From an uncultured Alphaproteobacteria bacterium (GTDB lineage Bacteria; Pseudomonadota; Alphaproteobacteria; HIMB59; GCA-002718135), in NCBI GenBank assembly GCA_902595855.1, contig CACJRY010000008.1:4966-68965 (forward strand): a stretch of 64,000 nucleotides of DNA, written 5' to 3'. Made by a program: the position numbers and the translations under genes. This document shows positions 1-8,377 of this stretch, in pieces; position 1 is the stretch's first letter, and every line of letters starts with the position of its first letter. The notes beneath the pieces are model-generated. The model was not told where the DNA came from. It was given only the letters and a program-made list of their open reading frames with translations, and did not search any database.

Positions 1-1154
1 TCTTGCTCCATACTTTTTGCATCGGAGATTGATAAAACATTATTTAATTCTATAATTTTACCTCTTAGATCAAAAATAGTTTTATCTTTATTTATTAGAT
101 TTTGATTTAATTTTGCTAATTCTTGATTCTTGGATCTAATTGCTTGAAGTTGTTCTTGAAGTGTTGCATCTTTTAAACCAAGGCTATCATTTATCTCTAG
201 CAAGTCATTCATTAGGTCTTGATATTGGGTTATTTGTTTTTGCAACTCTTCATCTCTCAATGCTAATTCTAAATTTGTTTGCTGTAGGTCTAAATTTGTT
301 TGCTCTAAAAGATTAAGAGTGTTTTGTGTTTCTTCTTTAGAATAAATTAAATCTTGATTTAACTCTTCAAGTTGTTGATTTTTTGTTTTTATAGCATCTA
401 ATTGCTCAATAATTCCTCCATCTTCAATTCCTAAACTTTTATTTATTGCAAGTAGATTATTATTTTTGATTTTAAGTTCTTCAATTTTACTTTGAAGTAT
501 TTTCTCATTAGAAGCTAATTTTTCATTTACTAGATTTAATTCACCAATATTTTCATTTAAATTAGCTTCACTTATAGAAAGTTTTTTATTTGATTCATCT
601 AGTTTATTATTTAAAGTTTTAAGTTGATCTATTCTAGCAGCAAGAGCTTTATTGATTCTCTCACCTAATCCATCAGTACTTAATATAGAACTATCAAGAC
701 CTTCGTAAACTTCAAGTGCTTTTGCAACAATTCTTAGCTCACTTAAAAGTTCGGTAATTTGATCCGATAGAGCAATGATATTTTGCTCTTGTACAAATAT
801 TTCAGTACTTTTTTTTGCTAAATCTGTCTGCAAACCTTCTGAAATTAATTCTTGCTCTCTCAAATTTTGTTGAACACCACTAAGAGTGGTTTCAGTTTCA
901 GTAAGTATTTGAAGAGCATCTTCTTTTTCACTTATCTCTAATTGTAATATTTTGGATAATTCGCTTATTTGTGTTCTTAATTCTTGCAATGCTTTGTCTC
1001 TTCCAGAAAGAGCATCACTTAGATATATTTGTGAAACAGTAAAGACCATTAAAACAAAAATAATAACAATGAGCAAAGTTGCTAAAACATCTACAAATCC
1101 TGGCCATATATTTGCAGATTCACCAAGTCTATTTCTTAGAGACCTTGATGCCAT
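1..1154 (-). CDS. MotB/OmpA-like stator-type protein: N-terminal TM anchor plus long coiled coil. Partial; the C-terminus lies beyond the window start.
   Basis: Absent from the ORF track because it runs off the edge. My reverse-complement read from ATG 1154..1152 gives MASRSLRNRLGESANIWPGFVDVLATLLIVIIFVLMVF..., a MotB-type single TM with an Asp in FVDVL. About 340 aa of Q/E/L/N/K-rich heptad-like sequence follow. It starts 2 nt after the stop of the MotA-like gene. Confidence 0.6.
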   Translation of the reverse strand, partial: MASRSLRNRLGESANIWPGFVDVLATLLIVIIFVLMVFTVSQIYLSDALSGRDKALQELRTQISELSKILQLEISEKEDALQILTETETTLSGVQQNLREQELISEGLQTDLAKKSTEIFVQEQNIIALSDQITELLSELRIVAKALEVYEGLDSSILSTDGLGERINKALAARIDQLKTLNNKLDESNKKLSISEANLNENIGELNLVNEKLASNEKILQSKIEELKIKNNNLLAINKSLGIEDGGIIEQLDAIKTKNQQLEELNQDLIYSKEETQNTLNLLEQTNLDLQQTNLELALRDEELQKQITQYQDLMNDLLEINDSLGLKDATLQEQLQAIRSKNQELAKLNQNLINKDKTIFDLRGKIIELNNVLSISDAKSMEQ

Positions 1155-1156
1155 TT

Positions 1157-2197
1157 TTATTTTTTAGTTTTAGCGTTAAATTCTTGAATACTTTTATTCA
1201 AATCATCAAATATTTTTTTTGTAGAAGAGTCTAAAATTCCTTGTTCATTAATCTTATTAATGAGTTGTAAAATACTTGATTGAGTATTTAATTGAGTTGA
1301 TAAAAAATTAGATAATTTTTCTTCAAGTTTAGTAGATTGATTATTAGTATTTTTTATTTGATTACTTAACTCAGAAAAATATTTGTTAATTTCATTTTGA
1401 TTTTCTGAGGTTTTTTTGAGCGAATATACAATACTATCAAGATTATCATAAATTTTTTGAAGAGCCTGTGTATTTAAGTTATCTGAAGAAGATGACATGA
1501 TTAAATCAGGAACGGAATTTTTGTTCAACACTTTTTCAAAAAATAAACTAAACTTATTTTGCGCTTGACCTAGGTTAATATCAATAAAACCTAATATTAA
1601 AGAACCAGCCAAACCTAATAACGAACTGCTAAATGCAATGCTCATACCTTGTAAAGGTGCATTTAATCCATCTTTTAAAGAGTTAAAAAAGCCAGCAACA
1701 TTTGTATCATCAATTCCCAATCCACTTATAACATTTCCAACTGACCCAATGGTTTTTAACAAACCCCAAAAAGTTCCTAATAAGCCTAAAAAAACAAGGA
1801 GGCCAACAAGGTATCTTGATGTTTCTCTAACACTTGATAAAGTCATGTCTGTATTTTCAATTAATCGGTTAATAGATGTGCTTTTAAAAACAAATCTCCC
1901 ATCAATAGGCTTTAAATCTACAATTATATTTTTTAAATTTGCAGAATTATTATTGAAAGATTGAGATGACTTATTAATGTCAAAATTTACAAGAGAACTA
2001 AAATCGTTACTAAGTCCAATTAGTTTTACTATATTAAAAATTATCCCTACAGCTAATGCCAATAAAATTATTAAATTAATAAAAATATTAGATAGAAAAG
2101 CTTCCTGAAGAACTGGATAAAGCAAAACTACAATTATAAATACAAGTGCTAGAAATACTCCTACTCTTAATAAATATTGATTTAAAGTTTGCGGCAT
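1157..2197 (-). CDS. MotA/TolQ/ExbB proton-channel family protein with a C-terminal coiled-coil tail
   Basis: 346 aa with about 4 hydrophobic segments. LGLLGTFWGLLKTIG and GMSIAFSSSLLGLAGSLILGF resemble the MotA/ExbB/TolQ channel signature. The last ~110 aa are coiled-coil-like. Confidence 0.75.
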   Translation of the reverse strand: MPQTLNQYLLRVGVFLALVFIIVVLLYPVLQEAFLSNIFINLIILLALAVGIIFNIVKLIGLSNDFSSLVNFDINKSSQSFNNNSANLKNIIVDLKPIDGRFVFKSTSINRLIENTDMTLSSVRETSRYLVGLLVFLGLLGTFWGLLKTIGSVGNVISGLGIDDTNVAGFFNSLKDGLNAPLQGMSIAFSSSLLGLAGSLILGFIDINLGQAQNKFSLFFEKVLNKNSVPDLIMSSSSDNLNTQALQKIYDNLDSIVYSLKKTSENQNEINKYFSELSNQIKNTNNQSTKLEEKLSNFLSTQLNTQSSILQLINKINEQGILDSSTKKIFDDLNKSIQEFNAKTKK

Positions 2198-2253
2198 AAA
2201 ATAATATTTAACAGTATATGTATTTGTTAAGTATTTTATACATCTAAATTATG

Positions 2254-3438
2254 TCAATTATACATATAATTTCTAGTTAAAGGTAAATTGTTAATATTTT
2301 TAGAGATTTGAATTTGAAAAACAACATTTCCCATATTTACAAAGGAGTATTTACTGGCGAGCAAATAAAATTCCCACATCCGATAAAATCTTTCATCAAA
2401 CATATTAATTATTTGGCTCTTATTTTTTTGAACATTTTTATACCAATGAGTTAGTGTATGAGCATAATGCAGTCTAAGTATTTCAACATCAGTTATGTTA
2501 ATATTTAATTTTTCAGTCTCATGTAAAACATCAGATAAAGAAGGAATATATCCACCTGGAAATATATATTTTCTTATCCATGGGCTTGTTGCTGTTGGAA
2601 CACCTCTTTGGCCAATTGTATGTAAAAGAAATACACCGCTATCTTTTAATAAGTCATATGTTTTTTTTAAATACTCTTTGAAATATTTAATACCTACATG
2701 CTCAAACATACCAACAGATACAATTCGATCATAGGTTTCATTTTCATCCCTATAATCCTGTAATTTGAAAGTTATCTTGTCAGATAGACCCTCTTCTTGT
2801 GCCCTTTTTGATGCAGTCTCAAATTGATTTTCTGACAGAGTAATACCTTTTACTTTTGCCCCAGTCTGTTTAGCAATTTCAATTGCCATACCGCCCCATC
2901 CACATCCAATATCTAAAACTTTCATTTTATCTGAAATTTGAAGTTTATTTATTATATGATTTTTTTTATCTATTTGAGCCTGATCCAAACTAATATTTTC
3001 ATTATGAAAATAAGCACATGAGTATTGCATATCTTTATCTAAAAAGAGTTTATATAAATCTTCTTTTAAATCATAATGATGTGCAACATTTTTTTTTGAT
3101 TTTACAGCTTCATTAAGCTGTTGAAAAATTTTAAAATAGCCTGAAAAATTTTCATATATTCTATAAATAGAATTATGTTTTATAAAATCATCATAGCATG
3201 ATGTTATCAGATCAATTAACTCCTCTATTGACCCTTCCTCAATGAGTATTTCTTTATTCATATAACCCTCTCCAAAATGAAGACTTGGATTTCTAAATAA
3301 TTTTTTTTCTATTGACTTATTTTTTAATCTAATTTTTAAGTTACCGGTGCCACTACCAAATTGATGAGTATTGTTTTTACTATCAACAATTGTTAATTTA
3401 TTTTTAAAATATATTTTTCTTAGAACGTGATAGAGCAT
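2254..3438 (-). CDS. cfa: Cyclopropane-fatty-acyl-phospholipid synthase family SAM methyltransferase
   Basis: 394 aa. SAM motif VLDIGCGWGGMAIEIA, then SVGMFEHVG and a C-terminal WEFYLL..S...F pattern typical of Cfa/mycolic acid methyltransferases. Confidence 0.85.
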   Translation of the reverse strand: MLYHVLRKIYFKNKLTIVDSKNNTHQFGSGTGNLKIRLKNKSIEKKLFRNPSLHFGEGYMNKEILIEEGSIEELIDLITSCYDDFIKHNSIYRIYENFSGYFKIFQQLNEAVKSKKNVAHHYDLKEDLYKLFLDKDMQYSCAYFHNENISLDQAQIDKKNHIINKLQISDKMKVLDIGCGWGGMAIEIAKQTGAKVKGITLSENQFETASKRAQEEGLSDKITFKLQDYRDENETYDRIVSVGMFEHVGIKYFKEYLKKTYDLLKDSGVFLLHTIGQRGVPTATSPWIRKYIFPGGYIPSLSDVLHETEKLNINITDVEILRLHYAHTLTHWYKNVQKNKSQIINMFDERFYRMWEFYLLASKYSFVNMGNVVFQIQISKNINNLPLTRNYMYN

Positions 3439-3490
3439 AATTTTTTAAGAATTATACTTTAAGAAATTGATTTATAAAGTCAATAAAATG

Positions 3491-3521
3491 AAAATGGCTG
3501 CACCTAAAACACAGCCATTTT
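3491..3521 (-). terminator. Stem-loop downstream of the GcrA-like gene
   Basis: aaaatggctg (3491-3500) pairs perfectly with cagccatttt (3512-3521) around an 11-nt loop. On the minus transcript it is followed by a U-rich cauuuuauu. Confidence 0.6.
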
Positions 3522-3534
3522 AAAGAAGAAAAAT

Positions 3535-3759
3535 TTAAGCAGCGATACGACGATTTTTTTGAGCTTCTTTTTCTTTTTTTAGCTCTCTCTCGTCAATATA
3601 GGCAACATCACAGTGATCTTTACAATAGGGCTTTCCAGTTAGCGTGTTAGCTTCACAAAAATGGAAGTCTTTTTCTTGAGGATCACCTATCGGCCATTGA
3701 CAACTAGAGAATGTGTGAGTCACTCTATTTTGTTTGAAATAGTTTTTAATAATTGACAT
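3535..3759 (-). CDS. GcrA C-terminal-domain-only protein (74 aa)
   Basis: CQWPIGDPQEKDFHFCEANTLTGKPYCKDHCDVAY matches the GcrA C-terminal pattern C.WP.GDP....F.FC......PYC..H...AY. An in-frame stop lies 2 codons upstream of the ATG, so there is no N-terminal HTH domain. Confidence 0.7.
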   Translation of the reverse strand: MSIIKNYFKQNRVTHTFSSCQWPIGDPQEKDFHFCEANTLTGKPYCKDHCDVAYIDERELKKEKEAQKNRRIAA

Positions 3760-3929
3760 TATTTATTCCTTTTAAATCCTGTAAAAGATGAAATTTCTTA
3801 ATTAACGAGGTAGTTTATATGGCTGAAAAATCTAGTATTCAAGAACAAAAATTAAAAAATGTATATATCCCAATATGTTAGTATTATTATTATAAACAAC
3901 TACTATATATAGATATTATTATATTTTTT

Positions 3930-4136
3930 CTATCTGTAAAAAAACGAATCGGTATTTCTAAAAATTAAAATCAATATTAATAAAATTACAAAAAACATAT
4001 AAGAACGGATCAATACCTTTTTTGAAAGTCTTGAATTCGGTGGACTTCTAAAATACACAAATAAAATTACTATGGTCCAAAAAATAAAAAGAATTGACCA
4101 ACCAAAAAGTAAGGCAATATAAAAATCTTCATTCAT
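3930..4136 (-). CDS. Small hypothetical membrane protein (68 aa, 2 hydrophobic helices)
   Basis: ORF only. Its ATG overlaps the stop of the upstream DsbA-like gene (ATGAATGA), which suggests translational coupling. No family recognised. Confidence 0.35.
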   Translation of the reverse strand: MNEDFYIALLFGWSILFIFWTIVILFVYFRSPPNSRLSKKVLIRSYMFFVILLILILIFRNTDSFFYR

Positions 4137-4770
4137 TGACTTTAAGAGAATTAATTATATTGATAAAATTTTCTGTTGGCTGTGCGCCATTGACAACAAA
4201 TTCATTATTAAAAATAAAACAAGGTACACCTGAGATACCTATATCACTTGCTTGCTTTGCCTCATTAAGCAAATTTTTGTTATCTTTCTCTGATAAAAGG
4301 TATTTTTCAATCCCCTTTTCATACAAATTTGTTTGTTTTGCTATTTCAATGATAATTTCTAAATTGCCGATATTTTTTCCCTCAATAAAATAATGAAAAA
4401 AAATATTTTCCAAAACTTTATTTTGTTGCTGTTTGCTAAATGCAAATGCCAATAGTTTATGAGATAAAAAAGAATTTGGTGTTATTTTTATTTTTTTAAA
4501 TTGAAAATGTATATTAACTAACTTACCCTCATCTTCGATATTTTGATAAACTTTCAAAGCTTGTTCTCTACCTCCAAACTTTTTCCTTAAATATTCATCC
4601 CTATTCATACCCTCTTTAGGCATGTTAGGATTTAATTGAAAAGGTCTCCAAATAATCTCAAATCTAACATCATTAAAATGCTTCAGAGCTTCATTGAATT
4701 TTACATATCCAATATAGCACCAAGGGCAAATTGTATCTGAGTATATATCAACTGTGATTGTATTATTCAG
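4129..4770 (-). CDS. DsbA/FrnE-family thiol:disulfide oxidoreductase; the 5' end is extended beyond the track ORF to include the CPWC active site
   Basis: The track ORF (4129..4623) starts at MPKEG. The same frame stays open upstream and reads (L)NNTITVDIYSDTICPWCYIGYVKFNEALKHFNDVRFEIIWRPFQLNPN-MPKEG. That is the canonical FrnE N-terminus with its CxxC. The C-terminal GVPCFIFNNEFVVNGAQ also fits. No ATG/GTG/TTG is available; candidate starts are CTG 4770..4768 or ATC 4758..4756. Confidence 0.65.
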   Translation of the reverse strand: MNNTITVDIYSDTICPWCYIGYVKFNEALKHFNDVRFEIIWRPFQLNPNMPKEGMNRDEYLRKKFGGREQALKVYQNIEDEGKLVNIHFQFKKIKITPNSFLSHKLLAFAFSKQQQNKVLENIFFHYFIEGKNIGNLEIIIEIAKQTNLYEKGIEKYLLSEKDNKNLLNEAKQASDIGISGVPCFIFNNEFVVNGAQPTENFINIINSLKVNE

Positions 4771-5221
4771 AGATGGCTCTTTTTTGAATATATTTTTGAT
4801 GATATTCTTCAGCTCTATAAAAAGTTTCAGCTTTAGTTATTTCAGTTACAATCATATTATTAAATGTATGTTGATGCTTTTCCTTTGATGTTTCTGCAAT
4901 GTTTTTTTGTAAAGCATTAAAATAATATATTACTGATCGATACTGACGACCAACATCAGGCCCTTGTCTATCAAGTGAAGTTGGATCATGACATTTCCAA
5001 AATTCTTCGACAATAGTTTCAAAACTAATTATTTCATCATCAAAGTCAACTTGCAAAACTTCAGCATGGTCAGTATTTTGATAGCAAACACTCTCGTATG
5101 TAGGGTTTTCAGTCTTACCTCCTGAATATCCTACTTCTGTTTTAATTATACCTTTAAGTTTTCTGAAATGTTCTTCAACACCCCAAAAACAACCTGCACC
5201 AAATAAAGCTTTTTGAATCAT
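4763..5221 (-). CDS. msrA: Peptide methionine (S)-sulfoxide reductase
   Basis: 152 aa with GAGCFWGVE near the N-terminus and the GY.GG....P.Y..V pattern. Confidence 0.95.
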   Translation of the reverse strand: MIQKALFGAGCFWGVEEHFRKLKGIIKTEVGYSGGKTENPTYESVCYQNTDHAEVLQVDFDDEIISFETIVEEFWKCHDPTSLDRQGPDVGRQYRSVIYYFNALQKNIAETSKEKHQHTFNNMIVTEITKAETFYRAEEYHQKYIQKRAISE

Positions 5222-5259
5222 AAATTAAATATATACACTAAATTCATTTAATCAAATTT

Positions 5260-5841
5260 ATGAAATTAAAATATAAAATAATAAATGAAAAAGAGCTATA
5301 CTCTGGTTTTTTTAAACTTAAAAAATTAGAATTTATCCATCAAAAACATGATGGTAAATGGACTAATCAAGTCGATCGAGAAATTTTTGGTGGAGCTCAT
5401 GTCTCTGCATTACTTCCATATGACCCTGAAAGAAAAGAAATTGTTTTAATTCAGCAATTTAGAGCAGGTGTGATATCAAGGTATGATGAAGATTACTTAT
5501 ATGAGATTGTGGCTGGCATTATAGATGAAAATGAATCACCTGAAGAAACTGCAAAAAGAGAATGTATTGAAGAAACAGGGTGTATTGTAAATAAAATCAC
5601 ACCGATACAAGGGTATTTTCCTGCTCCTGGTTCATCAGAATCATATTATCATTTGTATGTTGGAGAAATAAAATCTTTTGACGGTGAAAGAATTCGAGGA
5701 TTAGAATCTGAAAATGAAAATATATTAGTTAAATCATATAAAGTTAAAGAAGTAAGAGATATGTTGAAAAAAGGAGAAATTAAAAACGGTCTAGCTCTTG
5801 TAGCACTTCAATGGTTTTTTTTAGAATATTTGAAAGACTAA
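5260..5841 (+). CDS. nudF: Nudix hydrolase, ADP-ribose pyrophosphatase type
   Basis: Nudix box GIIDENESPEETAKRECIEETG (GX5EX7REUXEEXG). Length and N-terminal domain fit NudF-like enzymes. Confidence 0.7.
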   Translation: MKLKYKIINEKELYSGFFKLKKLEFIHQKHDGKWTNQVDREIFGGAHVSALLPYDPERKEIVLIQQFRAGVISRYDEDYLYEIVAGIIDENESPEETAKRECIEETGCIVNKITPIQGYFPAPGSSESYYHLYVGEIKSFDGERIRGLESENENILVKSYKVKEVRDMLKKGEIKNGLALVALQWFFLEYLKD

Positions 5842-6176
5842 GTCCCAAGTCCTCTCTCATAAGGCTGGACTAATTCTTTACAAATTAAAGTCATGTCAAA
5901 GGTCTCAATCATTTTATCAATGGTTTGATACTCTTGACACTCATAAAGCTCTTTATCTTTCTGGAGAACAGTAACAAACAAAAGTATGTACAATCCGTTT
6001 GCAGTTTCAATATTATTAATGGCATAACTTTTTACTTCGAAGCCTTCATTAATTAGATCTTTGTAAGTTTTTTCAGACTCTAACCATTGATCAATATTGG
6101 GATTAGCATTTACTGCAAAAGTAAAAACTACAAATATAATACCAGTAATGAATAATTTTAATTTTCTTTTAACCAT
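5838..6176 (-). CDS. Hypothetical exported protein
   Basis: 112 aa with an N-terminal signal-like segment (KLKLFITGIIFVVFTFAVNA). No family recognised. Confidence 0.45.
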   Translation of the reverse strand: MVKRKLKLFITGIIFVVFTFAVNANPNIDQWLESEKTYKDLINEGFEVKSYAINNIETANGLYILLFVTVLQKDKELYECQEYQTIDKMIETFDMTLICKELVQPYERGLGT

Positions 6177-6703
6177 TTAATAATATCCTGTATGTGTTTA
6201 TTCACTGGATATATAGGATAAAAAACTTTTTTAACAATTTTTTTTTCAATAATAAGAGTGAGTCTTTTTAAATATATTTTATCTTTTATTGAAAAAGTTG
6301 GAAGTCTTAGCGTGTTTTTTAAATCTAAATTTTCATCACTTAATACATCAAATGTTATTCCAAGCCTCATTGTCATTTCTTTATTGTAGTCAACAGATTG
6401 AGTAGAAATACCTATAGGAATAGCATTCAAACCAATTAAAACATCATAATTATCTCTAAAATTGCATGTTTCTAATGTGCATCCACTTGCACCAGGTATT
6501 GTATTCCATTTTTCTGGAAGGGGCATATCAGGTCTCCCAGTCATTGGAAAAAAGTACAAAATCATTCTAAAAGTATCTGAACGATCAAGGCGTAAGAAAT
6601 TTCCATCTTGATTTGGTAATGAAATACTTGGAATACTTGAGTTTTCTAGGTGATCTGATGCACCATCATTTTCTAGAATATGAAATTTATGCTTAACACT
6701 CAT
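6158..6703 (-). CDS. Peroxiredoxin (Bcp/AhpC-TSA-like, CxxxxC type)
   Basis: ILYFFPMTG...IPGASGCTLETCNFRD resembles the Bcp motif (YFYP..(T/S)PGCT.E.C.FRD), here with an insertion. Confidence 0.6.
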   Translation of the reverse strand: MSVKHKFHILENDGASDHLENSSIPSISLPNQDGNFLRLDRSDTFRMILYFFPMTGRPDMPLPEKWNTIPGASGCTLETCNFRDNYDVLIGLNAIPIGISTQSVDYNKEMTMRLGITFDVLSDENLDLKNTLRLPTFSIKDKIYLKRLTLIIEKKIVKKVFYPIYPVNKHIQDIIKWLKEN

Positions 6704-6747
6704 TATTGTATTGTAAAAATTAATTCTTTATATCATAACAAATAGTT

Positions 6748-7686
6748 ATGACTCAAATAAAACCAACTGCAGGACAAACAACACCACGCTTTGCTGACAT
6801 AGCAACTTTTTTTCGCTTACCGATAGTCAAAGATTTAAATCAATTAGATTATTGTATCTGTGGCATACCTTGGGATGGAGGAACAACAAATCGACCAGGG
6901 GCAAGACATGGGCCAAGAGAAATTAGAAATGCATCTTCACTTATAAGAACATATCATCCTTCCTCATTAAAAAGTCCTTATGATAAATTTCAAATTGCTG
7001 ATATTGGTGACTGTCCAGTAAATCCAGCTGATCTCCAAGATTCACTCAAAAAAATTACAAATTTTTATAATTCAATTGTTGAGTCAAACACTATACCGCT
7101 TTCTATAGGAGGTGATCACTTAGTTTCACTTCCTATACTAAGAGCACTGGCTAAAAATAAACCTGTAGGTATGTTTCAATTTGATTCCCATTCTGATACT
7201 TGGGATACCTATTTTGGAGGTTTTAAATATACCCACGGAACACCCTTTAGAAGAGCAATTGAAGAAAATCTGATTGATCCCAAAAAATATGTCATTGTAG
7301 GTTTAAGAGGAGGTCTTTATGATCCTGATGATTTGACATGGGCTATTGAACAGGGAATTACAATTATTACAACAGACAAGTTTTATGAAATTGGAATGGC
7401 AGAGTCTATAAAAATAATCAAAGATACTATCGGCGATACCCCTACATATTTTACTTTTGATATTGATGGCATAGATCCAACGTATGCTCCTGGGACTGGC
7501 ACTCCTGAAGTTGGTGGGATGAATGTACATGAAGCTCAACTACTAATAAGAAATTTAAAAGATTTAAATTTTATAGGTGCTGACGTTGTTGAAGTATCTC
7601 CTCCTTTTGATGTAAATAATATGACATCACTTGTTGGTGCAACAGTAGCTTTTGAAATACTTTGCACTATGACTAAAACAAATTAA
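6748..7686 (+). CDS. Ureohydrolase of the agmatinase / guanidino-acid hydrolase family
   Basis: Mn-ligand motifs GGDHLVS, FDSHSDTW and FDIDGIDPTYAPGTGTPEVGG. Confidence 0.85.
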   Translation: MTQIKPTAGQTTPRFADIATFFRLPIVKDLNQLDYCICGIPWDGGTTNRPGARHGPREIRNASSLIRTYHPSSLKSPYDKFQIADIGDCPVNPADLQDSLKKITNFYNSIVESNTIPLSIGGDHLVSLPILRALAKNKPVGMFQFDSHSDTWDTYFGGFKYTHGTPFRRAIEENLIDPKKYVIVGLRGGLYDPDDLTWAIEQGITIITTDKFYEIGMAESIKIIKDTIGDTPTYFTFDIDGIDPTYAPGTGTPEVGGMNVHEAQLLIRNLKDLNFIGADVVEVSPPFDVNNMTSLVGATVAFEILCTMTKTN

Positions 7687-7805
7687 GTGAAAAAAACCAT
7701 CAGCAATTGAAAAATATTTATTTGATTAAAATGGTTACATAATTATAAAAAAAGCTATTTCACCAAAAGAAGTAAAATAATCATACTAAAATTATATATT
7801 AAAAA

Positions 7806-8375
7806 TTAAAGGTAAGAAACTAAACCTATAGATTTTCTAAATCGATCCCTAATAGTAACAGCGTTCAGTGGTATTGGCTTTATTGGCACATTACCTGATT
7901 GGATTTTAGAAATAATGACATACGAGTTATCTTTATCAGCTAATGCCTTTTTTAAATTTCCATCTGTTTCTTCGCCAGAACACTCTATAACATTTTTACA
8001 TCCAGCTCCAATAGCAACCTCTTTTAATGAGGTACGTTCATTAGTAAAAGTTTTTTGATCGCCAGTAGAACCATAAGAGCCGTTATCAACTATAAGAAGA
8101 GTATAATTTGAAGGTGCTCTATTACCTATAGTTGCTAGAGTGTTCATATTCATTAAAACCGACCCATCACCATCAATACAAATCACCTTTTTATCAACTG
8201 TTAAAGATAATCCTAAACCAATTGATGATGCTAAACCCATACTTCCTAACATGTAAAAATAATTTGGGCGGTCATTAATTTTATATAATTCTTGTGAAGG
8301 AAGCCCAATGTTGCAAATAACTAATTCATTTTGAATTGTTTCTTTCAACAGGTTTAATAATTCAAATCTATTCAT
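7806..8375 (-). CDS. comE: Sulfopyruvate decarboxylase beta subunit-like protein (split ThDP enzyme, PP-binding half)
   Basis: 189 aa with the ThDP motif GDGSVLMNMNTLATIG...LLIVDNGSYGSTG. It is paired with a 165-aa pyrimidine-binding half directly upstream. Phosphonopyruvate decarboxylase is the alternative assignment. Confidence 0.65.
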   Translation of the reverse strand: MNRFELLNLLKETIQNELVICNIGLPSQELYKINDRPNYFYMLGSMGLASSIGLGLSLTVDKKVICIDGDGSVLMNMNTLATIGNRAPSNYTLLIVDNGSYGSTGDQKTFTNERTSLKEVAIGAGCKNVIECSGEETDGNLKKALADKDNSYVIISKIQSGNVPIKPIPLNAVTIRDRFRKSIGLVSYL

Positions 8376-8377
8376 CT

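Noticed and set aside
1-2197. Calling the MotA/MotB-like pair a Zorya anti-phage system.
   Set aside because: In Zorya the long coiled-coil tail is on the A subunit (ZorA, much larger than 346 aa) and ZorB is short. Here the arrangement is reversed, and no ZorC/D- or ZorE-like genes can be seen, since the downstream region lies outside the window.
3819-3881. A 20-codon plus-strand mini-ORF (MAEKSSIQEQKLKNVYIPIC) preceded by GAGG, in the 170-bp spacer upstream of the GcrA-like gene.
   Set aside because: It is too short to support from sequence alone, and such ORFs arise by chance. It would need ribosome profiling or conservation evidence.
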